64,000 nucleotides of DNA from Callorhinchus milii (Eukaryota), in NCBI RefSeq assembly GCF_018977255.1, contig NW_024704755.1, positions 2,666,001-2,730,000 on the forward strand, in the 5' to 3' direction. How positions within the stretch are numbered: position 1 is the stretch's first letter; every line of letters starts with the position of its first letter. The notes below the pieces were generated by a model. The model saw only the letters and a program-made list of their open reading frames with translations, had not been told where the DNA came from and ran no database searches. Shown here piece after piece: positions 27,697-37,853 of the stretch. The position numbers and the translations under genes are program-made.

Positions 27697-28248
27697 TTAT
27701 GGGCCAGGCTGGGCCGAGGGTAGTACAGTTGGTTTCTTAGTGGCTTGATCTCTCAGCCTGGTTTCCCTCTGGCTCTTGGCGAGTTCAACCCGAACCGCGA
27801 TCCCACTAATCCTCAGGCCACTCAGAGAAGTCACGGCTTTCCCTGCAGTTACTTCATCCCTGTAGTCGAGAAAGGCTCTGTGCTGGGCTCCCTTCCAGTT
27901 CAGTCGCACTGGCACAGCATCGTGCTCTCTCAGGACATCCTTCAGTTCACTGACTCTCAGGTTGTGAGGTATATTACCAATGTAAACCGTGGTAATGCTG
28001 CTTGAAACACCGAACCCTTTTTCGGCCTCGGATTCCTTACCCGCGCGGCTGTTGCTATTTCTGAACGTTTTGGATCGGCTATTTTTAACCCCGGCCCCAA
28101 CTCCCAGAGAAAGTGTATCGTCATCCAAACACATCTGCCCCTTCGCTGGGATCGTTCCTTCCATCAGTCGGACGTCTTTTCCTGCTTGTTTTTCTTTGAA
28201 TCGAAGGTGTTTTAGGATCGGTATTTTTCCCATCATCTGCGAGTCCAC
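27697..28248 (-). CDS. MTHFSD: MTHFSD last coding exon with C-terminal RRM (spliced protein 413 aa with one exon 3)
   Basis: CCCAAG| VDSQMMGKIPILKHLR... RRM with VYIGNIP (RNP2-like) and HRAFLDY (RNP1-like). Stop TAA at 27697-27699. Confidence 0.93.
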   Translation of the reverse strand: MDSQMMGKIPILKHLRFKEKQAGKDVRLMEGTIPAKGQMCLDDDTLSLGVGAGVKNSRSKTFRNSNSRAGKESEAEKGFGVSSSITTVYIGNIPHNLRVSELKDVLREHDAVPVRLNWKGAQHRAFLDYRDEVTAGKAVTSLSGLRISGIAVRVELAKSQRETRLRDQATKKPTVLPSAQPGP

Positions 28249-28808
28249 CTTGGGAGGGAGTGCAGGCGGGTGGGAGGGGGAGGGGAGTTGGAAGACAAGG
28301 TGAAATACAAGACTTGCAATGCAGACTATGGTTCTATAAATAAGAATGCACTTCAGAGGCTGTGGGAACTTTGTGCTGCCTTTATGCTGTATGTTTAACG
28401 TCAAATTGTGTCGGTTTGCAACAGATGTTTGCTGGGTTTTTATCCGGTCAGCAGTATGTGTAGTGTATTGACTGTGTATTTTATTGGCGAAACGCAGGAC
28501 ATAATTATAATAAATAATCCTTGCATTTTATAAAGCGCTTTTCATGTCTTCTCGACGTTTCAAAGCACTTCACAGAATATACTATAAAGTGAATTCACTG
28601 TATTTTTGTGGGCAAAACTATAATTGTGCACTGCAGCAGCCCACAAACAGTCGTGGACTGAATGATCACAATTATTATTATTAACATGAAGCAAAAGTAG
28701 TTTTTAAATCACAGGAGAGAGGAAATACTGGAATGGAGTATAAATTCTAAAGCAATGAACACTGGTTAAACATTAAACTCTCTACTAGTTCCCTTCCTCA
28801 GGTTTTAC

Positions 28809-28934
28809 CTTGGACCATATAACCCCCTTTGGCTTGGGGCGTCTGCAGTTTGTTCTGATCACCCGGGTGGGGGTAAGGATATAATCTACTGTAAGGTCGT
28901 GCTCTTCCATCAACTCTCCTGGGACGTCAAGCAC
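28809..28934 (-). CDS. MTHFSD: MTHFSD coding exon 7
   Basis: CTCAG| [42 protein letters not shown] |GTAAAA, 126 nt. Confidence 0.95.
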
Positions 28935-30569
28935 CTGAGAGCCAGAATAAGGAGGGTTATTAGATTCAGAGTATTTCAATCCGACCTCCGACATTCAATG
29001 ATGTTGCTCCGCGAGACAGCAGCGAGCAACCAACCACGGAATAAAATAGCTGATTATAATGATAACAATCATACGCCTTGCATTCGATATTGCGCCTTAT
29101 CACGTCGCTGAGACGTCTGAAAGCACTTTACGGTGTGTGGTATAGTGTATTGACTGTGTATTTTGTGGGTGAAACCCAGTAGCCAATTGCGCACAGCAGG
29201 ATCCCACAAACAATCGTGGATTGAATGACCAATTTTTTTTTGAGGGGGGATTATTACCCGCAGAAAGCGATCCGCCAATCAACCAACAACCGGGTTCCTA
29301 TATCAAGTTGTTTGTCTAACATTGCTTGGCTGGTTCCCACTTCCACACTTCCATGGCTGCATAAGCACAAACACTTGGTCCTATCTCTTTGGGTTGGGGA
29401 GGAACTGCAGTGGGAAAGATCCCGAATGGTACCTTAATTCAAATCAGTGAATGAAGTGCAGGCATACTGGAGGATAAGGGAGCACAGTAGTCTTACGTTC
29501 GAGGAAATATGAAGCCGGTTATTTATTTTTTTAGAACTCATTCGCTTATTCAGGAGGTAAAAAAATATTTAAATGTTTTGCTGTCGAAAATGACTGGCTT
29601 CCCCCATCGGAGCCACACTTTTTTAAAAAAAAACTGAGAACGTAACATCCCACCTCTCAGTCCGCAGCTCCTAATGAGCCTCCCTTAACACCCCCTGCTC
29701 TCCCCCGCTCTAACATCACCATCCTATCCTTTACCCCCTCCCCCACAAAATCCTAATCACTGAGAGATGTTCACACAAAACACAACGCAGCTTTTTACAG
29801 CTGGTATTTAGCAACCAGTGCTCGAAGCCCCCTGAGGGAAATCGCACTAGAACTCCCTGGTGTATTTGAACACAGAAGTTCTGGCTTATTTTAAGTGCAC
29901 TGCCACATATTCAGATCTGCAGGTCAATTTCTGCTGTGTTTTCTCAAAATCCTGCTGCTGAATTCACTGAGCAATTAAGAGTGGGAAAATCCTAACTGAT
30001 GTTTCCCCCTCCTCCCTCGCCCCTCGCAAAATCACAGCGATTTGTTTCTTTCTGAAACGCTTCAATAAAACTTGCAATCTAATTACAGTGCAATATACAG
30101 CACCTACAACAACAACTTGCAATTGTATAGCGCCCCCCCCACCCCCCACCCCCCATGCAGGGTAGAGTCTCAGAGCGCTTACACCTATGTTCATCTCAAT
30201 GCGCCTGGCCTAGGGAGGATTAGCTGTTCCTGATTGCTCTGCCAACGGGAAAGTGTGTGTGTATGTGTTTGCGTGTGTGTGTGCGCGCGCGCGAGTGTGT
30301 GTTTGGGGAGGTCGGGATGCATTGGGCAAACAGTTAGATAAGATTCCCCCAATGCTTGAGTTGGCCTCGATGCCTGTGTGGAGAGGAACTAGCGACATGG
30401 AAGATTGGGCCAACAAGACTAAGAGGAGAGAAAGCACCGGGGGAGTGAGGTTACTAAGAAATATGATTTAATTGTGTTTATGACTGGTGGCTGAACACAC
30501 AGCTCTCTCTTTCTCTCTCTCTCTTGCAACAGCCACCTGATCATTTGTCAATGTCTTCGCCGGACACAC

Positions 30570-30682
30570 CTGGGAATCGTGTACCGTGGTCACCACAACT
30601 GTCTTCTCATCCACAGCTCCCATCGATACCATCATCGAGTACTCCAGGTCAGAGAAACCCTCGCCTTTGCCAATCCTCCAGC
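30570..30682 (-). CDS. MTHFSD: MTHFSD coding exon 6
   Basis: CCAAG| (G)[37 protein letters not shown] |GTGTGT, 113 nt. Contains the RIGKGEG glycine motif of the 5-formyl-THF cyclo-ligase family. Confidence 0.95.
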
Positions 30683-30959
30683 CTTGGCAGCCAGGACAAG
30701 ATAAGGACCATTAGAGGCACGTAACTGGACTGGTACTCAGTGACACATCAGATATCATCTTTGTTTCTAATCCTAGTGAACTGACACTCCCATGGTTTTA
30801 CTGGGACTATTGACCCCCTACTCCCATCCCCTCACCTGCTTACCCATTGCTCAATGTCCCCTCACCTGCTTTGACTTTCTTCCCCCACATGTACATTCTC
30901 TCACGATTCCCAGCACAGCATCGAGTTGTTTTATAAACGAGTCCCAATGTTCCTGGCAT

Positions 30960-31195
30960 AAACCACCCTTTCTGATAACCTGTTCCAGTCGTTAATTATC
31001 CACTAGGTAAAGAAATACTTTACTCTGACCTGAGATAGACCCCTTTGGCAGCCATTTAAACCAGTGCTATCTTGTCCCACAGTCTTGGTGCATTTGAGAG
31101 TATTGTTCTGGGTTTACTTTTTTTTCATCCCATTTAACGTGTAACACACTTCTCGATCGGGCCCAGTCAGTGACACCTCCTTTCGAGACTGAATG
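30960..31195 (-). mobile_element. Degenerate CR1 LINE ORF2 C-terminal fragment
   Basis: The reverse complement translates in broken frames to FSLERR...GTR.H.FK...KYFFT.WIINDWNRLSERV, the CR1 ORF2 C-terminal pattern. A related piece lies at about 38535-38625 (+). Confidence 0.65.
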
Positions 31196-31303
31196 TGATA
31201 TTAATGCGGATTCACTGTGATAGAAATCTGAGTACAGTTGATGTTACAGCATAAGTTACAGCACTTGGCTGGTCATATTCGGAGATAATTCGCCACGTGT
31301 TAC

Positions 31304-31394
31304 CTTTGTCTGAAACGGCCACAGAACCCACCACAATCAGATCTACATGGACTTTAGCATCAAGTCCTACCGGCACACTGTACTCCTTCACCCC
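31304..31394 (-). CDS. MTHFSD: MTHFSD coding exon 5
   Basis: CCCCAG| [31 protein letters not shown] |GTAACA, 91 nt, ends in phase 1. Confidence 0.95.
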
Positions 31395-32024
31395 CTGGGG
31401 GGGGAAAAAAAACACAAAGATACACTAATTCGACATAGCGCCTTATCACGTCATTGAGACATCTCAAAACGCTTCATAGGATAGATACACTGTAAAGTGG
31501 ACTGATTTGTGGCCGAAACTCAGCAGCCAGTTTGTGCACAGCAATGTCCCGCAATCAGCCATGAAGCAAGACTTTTCGAAAAGACTTTTTTTCCTCTCCA
31601 ACCAAAATGTAGTCCCAGCGAGTGATTTGTGAACGAGGTTAATTTTTAAACTGCGCTTTTCACCAAAGAGCGGACTTTTCTCTCCCCCTCCCCCAACACA
31701 CATATAAAATCCGTTCTGTGATCAGATTGCAGGGTGAGGCTTCCCCCCATCAGTAGTTTCATTGCTCACTGAATGTGCTGAGAATGCAGGTGCTCGTGCA
31801 TAAGGCATCTTACCCAGTGGCAAGATGACTTCCATTCAATCCACCTTCCTGCTGCGAGTCAATGCAACCTTGTGCATTATAAAAACACTTCAATTCCTGA
31901 AATGCCAAACTGAAATCCCTATTGTCGGTCTCGTTCCTTTTTTTAAGGGCGGGGGGTGGGGGTGGGGGTGGCAGAGCGGAAGCAAATCTTTTCGTACAGG
32001 TAAGAATAGAGAGAATAACCTTTA

Positions 32025-32292
32025 CATTCGTCTCAAAGCACTTCACAGGATTTTACTGTAAACCGTAGTGACTGCGTGGTTCGCAGGTGAACCCGGCAAC
32101 CAATTCGCGCAGTGAGCAAACGCCCCACAAACAGCCGTGAAGTGAATGAGCGATTTGATTGAGGGGATTGTCGGCCAGGACAGGACACCGAGAAAGAGAA
32201 ACTCCCTCCTCTTTTCAAGCAGTGCCGTGGGATCTTTAACGTCCACCTGAACGGGGTGTAGATGGGGAGTGAGGTTTCAATGAAGGACGGAT
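32025..32292 (-). mobile_element. DeuSINE-like fragment in MTHFSD intron 4; further fragments near 24950-25100 (+), 33395-33465 (-) and 34905-35110 (-)
   Basis: GAAACTCCCTCCTCTTTTCAAGCAGTGCCGTGGGATCTTTAACGTCCACCTGAAC matches the Deu core of the 36580-37025 copy. Confidence 0.75.
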
Positions 32293-33526
32293 CGAACAAA
32301 AACAAAAACACACACGCCAACAGCTGTACTCCAATCAAGTCTGTTGCCATTAACAGTTGCCCTTACCTTAGCAAAGTGCTCTGAGAAGGGCAGTATAAAA
32401 ATGTCTATTTCAGTCATCAGATAAGTGGCTGATATTTGCAAGTTCGTTGTTTAAACTTGGAAATAACTGGAGCTGCCCTTCTCCACCACCCCCCTCCCCC
32501 ACAACCCCCACCACCCCCGCACATTTCATATATATTTGTTGTGGTTTCACTGATCAATGGCTCCTTCCGATCGGGCGGGGAACTCAAAGGCAACTTTGGA
32601 CATTAATTAATCCGCAGATAACCAATGCTCAGTTTTTGCATTAACCCGGGAACGCCAGTGAACAAGGTCGCCTGGTGACACAGCTCAGCAGCTTCATTAT
32701 TACCGGAGCATGTGACAAAGTCACTGAACCGAATCGTTTGCTGTGGATTCCTTGCACGTTTTTCCCATATTCGCTCCTCAGTTAATCCGTTAATCGCTCA
32801 CTCCCCGTCACTACCCGGCTTTAAAATGGCAAGTCACCCTGTTAATGAAACTCCCCATCATCTACCCTTGACTTCTTCCTCTGTTAAACACCCTATTGCT
32901 CTGCCCGTCCTCTTGTTTAATCGCACACCAGCTCCTGGGTCCGTGTAGCCACTGGATTGCCTGTACCATGTTCCACACCATTTGTGCTGTCAATCTTAAC
33001 GTTAACTCAGTTACTTTCCAGACAGTAGCAAGTGACGAACACTGGATGGCGAACTAATTCTGTCCTCAGGAATGGGCTGAAAAAAAATCGCAAACCAGCT
33101 AGCACATTATCGCAGCACATGCGGAAACCCATCACCGTGCTGAAGAGTATCCAAACCAAACTAAGAATTTCATGCGTCAATCCTTGCCATTGATTCAGCG
33201 GCATCGTTCATGTCGGGAGGACTTCCCAAAGCATTCACGGGGGATTTAATGTAAAATGGAGTCACTGTGGATTCTGCAGCAAATTTGCGTGCAGCAATGA
33301 CTCACAAGCTGCCATGAAGTGAGTGACTAATTTTTGTATGTATAACCTATCGGAGCTTTTGGAACTGTCCCTCCGTTTGCAACTCAAAAGTACCCAACGT
33401 GGGGTTTGAACCCACGACTTTCTGACTCAAAGGCGAGAGCGTCAGCAACTGAACCAAGCTGCCTCTGCCTCTAATAACACTAAACTCAGGCTGAAAAGAA
33501 GTGAAGCAAAGAAGTAATGTACCCAC

Positions 33527-33640
33527 CCGAGCCGTAGAACACACTCTGAGCATTTCCTTCGAGGCTCCCACTGGAGGGATTATCTTGTTGAACAGCCCTG
33601 TTCTAAGCCGAGGTGTTGGGACCAGCAAGGTTTTTTTTGC
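33527..33640 (-). CDS. MTHFSD: MTHFSD coding exon 4
   Basis: TGCAG| [38 protein letters not shown] |GTGGGT, 114 nt. Confidence 0.95.
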
Positions 33641-34108
33641 CTGCAACAATATGAATCACATCAAACAACGACTTTTTTTGCACACAAGCATCCTGGTGAA
33701 CAGTGTATAAACCAGCTCATCCCCCGCGGACACCGTCCAACAAAACATGCAAGTCCACTTCGTAATCCGCAAAAGTCATTTTCACACAGGCCCAAACTAA
33801 TTTGATTGCTGGCAATCAATGTAACTGAGTGCCTCAGGTTATTTGAGCACAGCGACGTCCCACAAACAGCCGTGAAGTGAATGACCGATGTTATAATAAT
33901 AGTATATAATAATCTTTGCATTTGATGCAGTGCCTTATCACGTCTCCGAGACCTCTCAAAGCGCCTTCACAGAATATACTGCAAAGTGAATCGACTGTAT
34001 ATTTTGTGGGCGAAACGCCAGCAGCCAATTGCCCACAGCAGCGCCCCGCAAACAGTCGTGGACTGAGTGACCAAATTATTATGATTATTCTTTATGTGTT
34101 GCCACTAC

Positions 34109-34222
34109 CTGGAGGCTGACTAAACGGATTCCTTCCAGTGGTTTATCGGGATCCACTTTGACCTCCCTCGTTGCGCTGAAGAAGTCGAGGTCCACGATTT
34201 TACTGCAGGCATCACCGGCCCC
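34109..34222 (-). CDS. MTHFSD: MTHFSD exon 3b (mammal-like canonical exon 3)
   Basis: 114 nt, phase 0/0, CCCCCAG| ... |[44 protein letters not shown]. It matches the human [15 protein letters not shown] motif as I recall it. Not in the ORF track; translated by hand. Confidence 0.92.
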
Positions 34223-34256
34223 CTGGGGGAGTGACAACACACGCAAAGACACTTAC

Positions 34257-34370
34257 TTCCAAGGTGAGAAAACGGTTCTGTTCCTGAGGCTCGTCAGGGT
34301 TCACTTTGACCCTCCCCGCAATCCTGAACTCCCACAAGTTTGACCCATTTTCTGCAGCTCGGGCAGCCCC
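34257..34370 (-). CDS. MTHFSD: MTHFSD alternative exon 3a (paralogous duplicate of exon 3)
   Basis: 114 nt, phase 0/0, CACAG| ... |GTAAGT, open frame GAARAAENGSNLWEFRIAGRVKVNPDEPQEQNRFLTLE. Confidence 0.8.
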
Positions 34371-34751
34371 CTGTGATTGCAGAAGATGTGACAAACTTTG
34401 AAAAAATTATATTTAAATAAAAGTAAGCAACGGGAAGGGAAGCATCATCTCCTTGCTACGAACTCTTCTCTCTCCCTAACGAGGCTGCTTAACCTTTTCG
34501 TCCACATTAATCGCATGGCCTTTTGAAGGCTTAAAAGATCTGACTGGACCGACATAGGAAAAGAGACCATAGAGCAGAAGTGTGGGATTAAAGGTGGAGC
34601 TATTTCAGAGGACCAGCACAGTCCAGTCCAGATGGGCTGAACGGAGCTCACTATTTTCTGCCACAAAAGTTCTGGACTCTATGACACACGTCGTCTGTAT
34701 CAGATCTCATAATTAGCAGCATCCCAACCCCTCTCTAACTGGCAACGCTAC

Positions 34752-34855
34752 CTTAAAATTAGGGATTCTGTGATGAACCGGCCTTGGGAAGTTTGCCAGG
34801 TCGTTTGCTTCCATATAATCCCAAACTTTTTGCCGAATGTCCCATTTGGTGATAC
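34752..34855 (-). CDS. MTHFSD: MTHFSD coding exon 2
   Basis: TTCCAG| ... (G)[34 protein letters not shown] |[19 protein letters not shown] is the MTHFSD signature. Confidence 0.95.
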
Positions 34856-35139
34856 CTGGAAAAGAGGAAAATCCACATCAGCCCAGTCTTCACAAATAGT
34901 TGGACACTGGGAGAAATTCCTTTTCCTTTTGAACGAGCGCCACAAGATTGTTAACGTCCACCTGAACAGACAGACGGAACCTCATTTTAATGTTTAATCC
35001 GAAGACCGGCACCACCAACAACACAGCGTTACCCCCAGCATTGCACTGTTACGTCAGCCTGGGCTATGAGCTCGATATCCCAACGTGGGGCTTGAACCCA
35101 CAACTTTCTGGATAGCAGTCGGGGGCTTCTACATCTACA

Positions 35140-35403
35140 ATATTTTATATAGCGCCTTATCACGTCTTTAAGACGGCTCAAAGCGCTTTACAGAGTATAC
35201 GCAGCAGCCAATTGTGCACAGCAGTGTCCCGCAAACGTGGATTGAGTGATCAAACTATAATTATTTTTAAGGGATCATTATCCCCAGAAAAGCCAATCGA
35301 CGAACAGCTGGGTTTCTACTTACTCCTAGGTAAACAGAGGCGTGGGGAGTAAGGACATGTCATCTCGCTTGCGAGACGAGTGCTCTAACCACTACGCTAC
35401 AGG
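35140..35403 (-). mobile_element. tRNA(Ala)-SINE, degraded, in MTHFSD intron 1
   Basis: Tail, body (GGGTTTCTACTTACT...AAACAGAGGCGTG) and partial head TCTCGCTTGCGAGACGAGTGCTCTAACC. Confidence 0.8.
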
Positions 35404-35654
35404 GTAAAAAAAAACAAGCCACCAGCTATATAAAATCCTGCTTTGCTAAAATGGCTCTCTCCTCACTCCCAAATCCCCCAGAATTCACAACTTGGCTTTG
35501 AACTGAGCATCAGCGAAGGTGTCTTTCACCGCAATATCTGCGCACTGTTTACGTATACCGCACTGGAACATAGAAAGTAAGAAAAGCAAATATATTTATA
35601 ATTATATATATATAAATATATACAGTATTTATACAGGAAAAAAAAAGGTTGTAC

Positions 35655-35682
35655 CAGGCTTTAACTTGATGGCTGGTTCCAT
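35655..35682 (-). CDS. MTHFSD: MTHFSD coding exon 1 (MEPAIKLKP-G)
   Basis: ATG in AAAATGG context. The N-terminus resembles vertebrate MEP..G. Phase-1 donor G|GTACAA joins in frame to exon 2. Confidence 0.75.
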
Positions 35683-36217
35683 TTTCGCTGAACCACTTAT
35701 AAAGAGAGTGTGTGGGTGGGGGGTGATCAGCTGTTTGAGATTGCCTTGTGCCACACACACACAAAAACAGACGCACACAGTCTTTTTGTGGCTGAGTCTG
35801 CAATAGAACCAGCCACAGTTGGGAGAGCGAAGTGAGTCAGCAAACAGCAGCCACACTCTCCGGCTTATCTCTGAACTCTCCCCAGCTCTTTTTTTTTGCC
35901 TCTCTCTCCCTCCCTCCCTCCCTCCCTCCCTCCCTCTTTCTCTGGCCGATGCTGAACGTGTCTCTACCCACTACGGCGTGTCTCGCAGCTCTAAAGACCA
36001 GCAATAAACTCAGCCTCTGCGCCTCCTTTCAATCGATTTGAGTTCAAAGAGTGATTGAAGCCCTTCTCTGACTTCCAGTCATTGCACTGCAATTGCGCTG
36101 TGCGACAATCAGACATTCTCAACCACTGCACACTTAACTGAAACCCCCCCCCCACCCCGAGAGATGTCACCCCTTGAACTCAATTTGAATCTGTGAGCTC
36201 AAAGCCTGTCAGGTATG

Positions 36218-36541
36218 ATAATCATCCTTGCATTTGATGCAGCGCCTCATCGCCTCTTCGAGACGTCTCAAAGCTGATTCACAGAGCATACGGTAAAGCG
36301 AATTGACTGCATGTCTTTGCGGGCGGAACGCGGCAGCCAATTGCGCACGGCTGCGTCCCACAAACAGCCGTGGATTGAGTGATCAATTAGTATTGTTATT
36401 TTTACTATTATTTTTTTCTTGAGGGATCGTTATCAGGCATGTAGAGTAAGGAAACTTGCCCAATATTTGGCCCTGCCGGGAATCAAACCCAGGTCTCTCG
36501 CTTGCGAAGCGAGTGCTCTAACCGCTGAGCTGCAGGACTCC
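36218..36541 (-). mobile_element. tRNA(Ala)-SINE, head plus tail with an internal deletion
   Basis: Head ...GCTGCAGGACTCC at 36541; shared tail ATCCTTGCATTTGATGCAGCGCC. Confidence 0.85.
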
Positions 36542-36579
36542 AGTCACCAAAATATTGATTCTTCCCTGGCCTCACTATT

Positions 36580-37025
36580 AATAATAATGATCATTGCTTT
36601 TGATATAGATGCCTTATCACCTCGTCGAGATGTCTCAAAACGCTTCGCAGGATATACTGTTAAGTGGAGTGACTGTGTATTTTATGGGTGAAACGCGGCA
36701 GCCAGTCGCACACAGCAGTGTCCCACAAACAGACCTGGAGTAAGCGACCAATTTTATTTGGGGGGATTTTTGGTCAGGACCCCGGAAGAAACTCCCTCCT
36801 CTTTTCAAATAATGCCACGGGGTCTTTAACATTCATCTGAACAGGCAGACGGAACCATGGTTTAACATCCCATCCAAAGGACGGCACCTCCAACAGTGTA
36901 GCATGCCCCCCATCACTGCATTGATGTGACATTTAGACTATGTGATTCCAAGCCGCAAAGTGGGGCTTGAACGCACAATCTTCTGACACAGAGGCGAGAG
37001 GGCTAGCCTTTAGCCAGACTGACAC
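36580..37025 (-). mobile_element. Full-length DeuSINE-like element (SacSINE1/AmnSINE1 superfamily)
   Basis: The reverse complement has a different tRNA-like head, the Deu-like core GGAGGTGCCGTCCTTTGGATG...CCGTCTGCCTGTTCAGATG...AAAGACCCCGTGGCATTATTTGAAAAGAGGAGGGAGTTTCT, and the shared tail. The family name is from recall of the consensus. Confidence 0.75.
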
Positions 37026-37124
37026 ATAAATTATTCCCAGCGTACAGAACAAAACAAGGAATAATCCCATCTCTTACTCTTCAAATGACTTCACTATAAT
37101 GATTTGCATTGTACACATTTACAT

Positions 37125-37853
37125 TATAATAATAGTAATAATAATCCTTGCATTTGATATAGCGCCTTATCACATCTTTGAGACGTGTCAAAGCACTTCA
37201 CAGCGTATACTGTAAAGTGAATTGACTGTATGTTTCGTGGGCAAAATATGGCAGCCAATGCGCACAGCAGTGTCCTACAAACAGTCATGGATTGAAGTGA
37301 CCAATTCATTTTTATTATTTTTTTAATGAATTATTAAAATTATTATTAATTAGTTTGTGGAGTCCTGTAGCTCAGTGGTTAGAGCACTCGCTTTGCAAGT
37401 GAGAGACCTGAGTTCAATTCCAGGCAGAGGGCGAAACCTTGGGCAAGTTTCCTTACCACACAGAGCCTAATAATAATCCCTCCAAAAAAACAAAACAATA
37501 ATAAATTGGTCATTTTCAATCTACGACTGTTTGTGGGACATTGCTGTGCGCAATTGGCTGCCGCGTTCGCCCACAAATATACAGTCAATTCACTTTACAG
37601 TGTGTTCTGTGAAGCGCTTTGGGACGTCCTCCCGACGTGAAAAGAGCTATATCAAATGCAAGGATTATTATTTATTATTATTACCCTTGGAAAAGCGATC
37701 CGCCAATCGACTAACAGCTGGGTTCCTACTTACTGGTAATAAACAGAGGCGTGTAGTGTAAGGAAACTCGCCCAACATTTCGCCCTGCCAGGAATTGAAC
37801 CCAGGTCTCTCACTTGCAAAGCAAGCGCTCTAACCTCTGAGCTACAGGACTCC
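37125..37853 (-). mobile_element. tRNA(Ala)-SINE split by the opposite-strand SINE at 37359-37683
   Basis: Head and body at 37853-37684, tail at about 37310-37125. The same junction is uninterrupted in the copy at 26903-27170. Confidence 0.8.
37359..37683 (+). mobile_element. Full-length tRNA(Ala)-derived SINE
   Basis: Head GGAGTCCTGTAGCTCAGTGGTTAGAGC with A box 37368, TGC anticodon loop 37394-37396 and B box GTTCAATTCC 37412. Tail ...AAGCGCTTT...CTATATCAAATGCAAGG(ATT)n. Confidence 0.9.

Noticed and set aside
35460-35590. Acceptor-like TTTCTATGTTCCAG in MTHFSD intron 1 (possible poison or alternative exon)
   Set aside because: Immediate in-frame stop and only a weak donor; unsupported without transcript data.
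37359-37430. Apparent tRNA-Ala(TGC) gene, also at 36470-36541 and 37780-37853
   Set aside because: No proper acceptor stem, and it continues into SINE body and tail; these are SINE heads.
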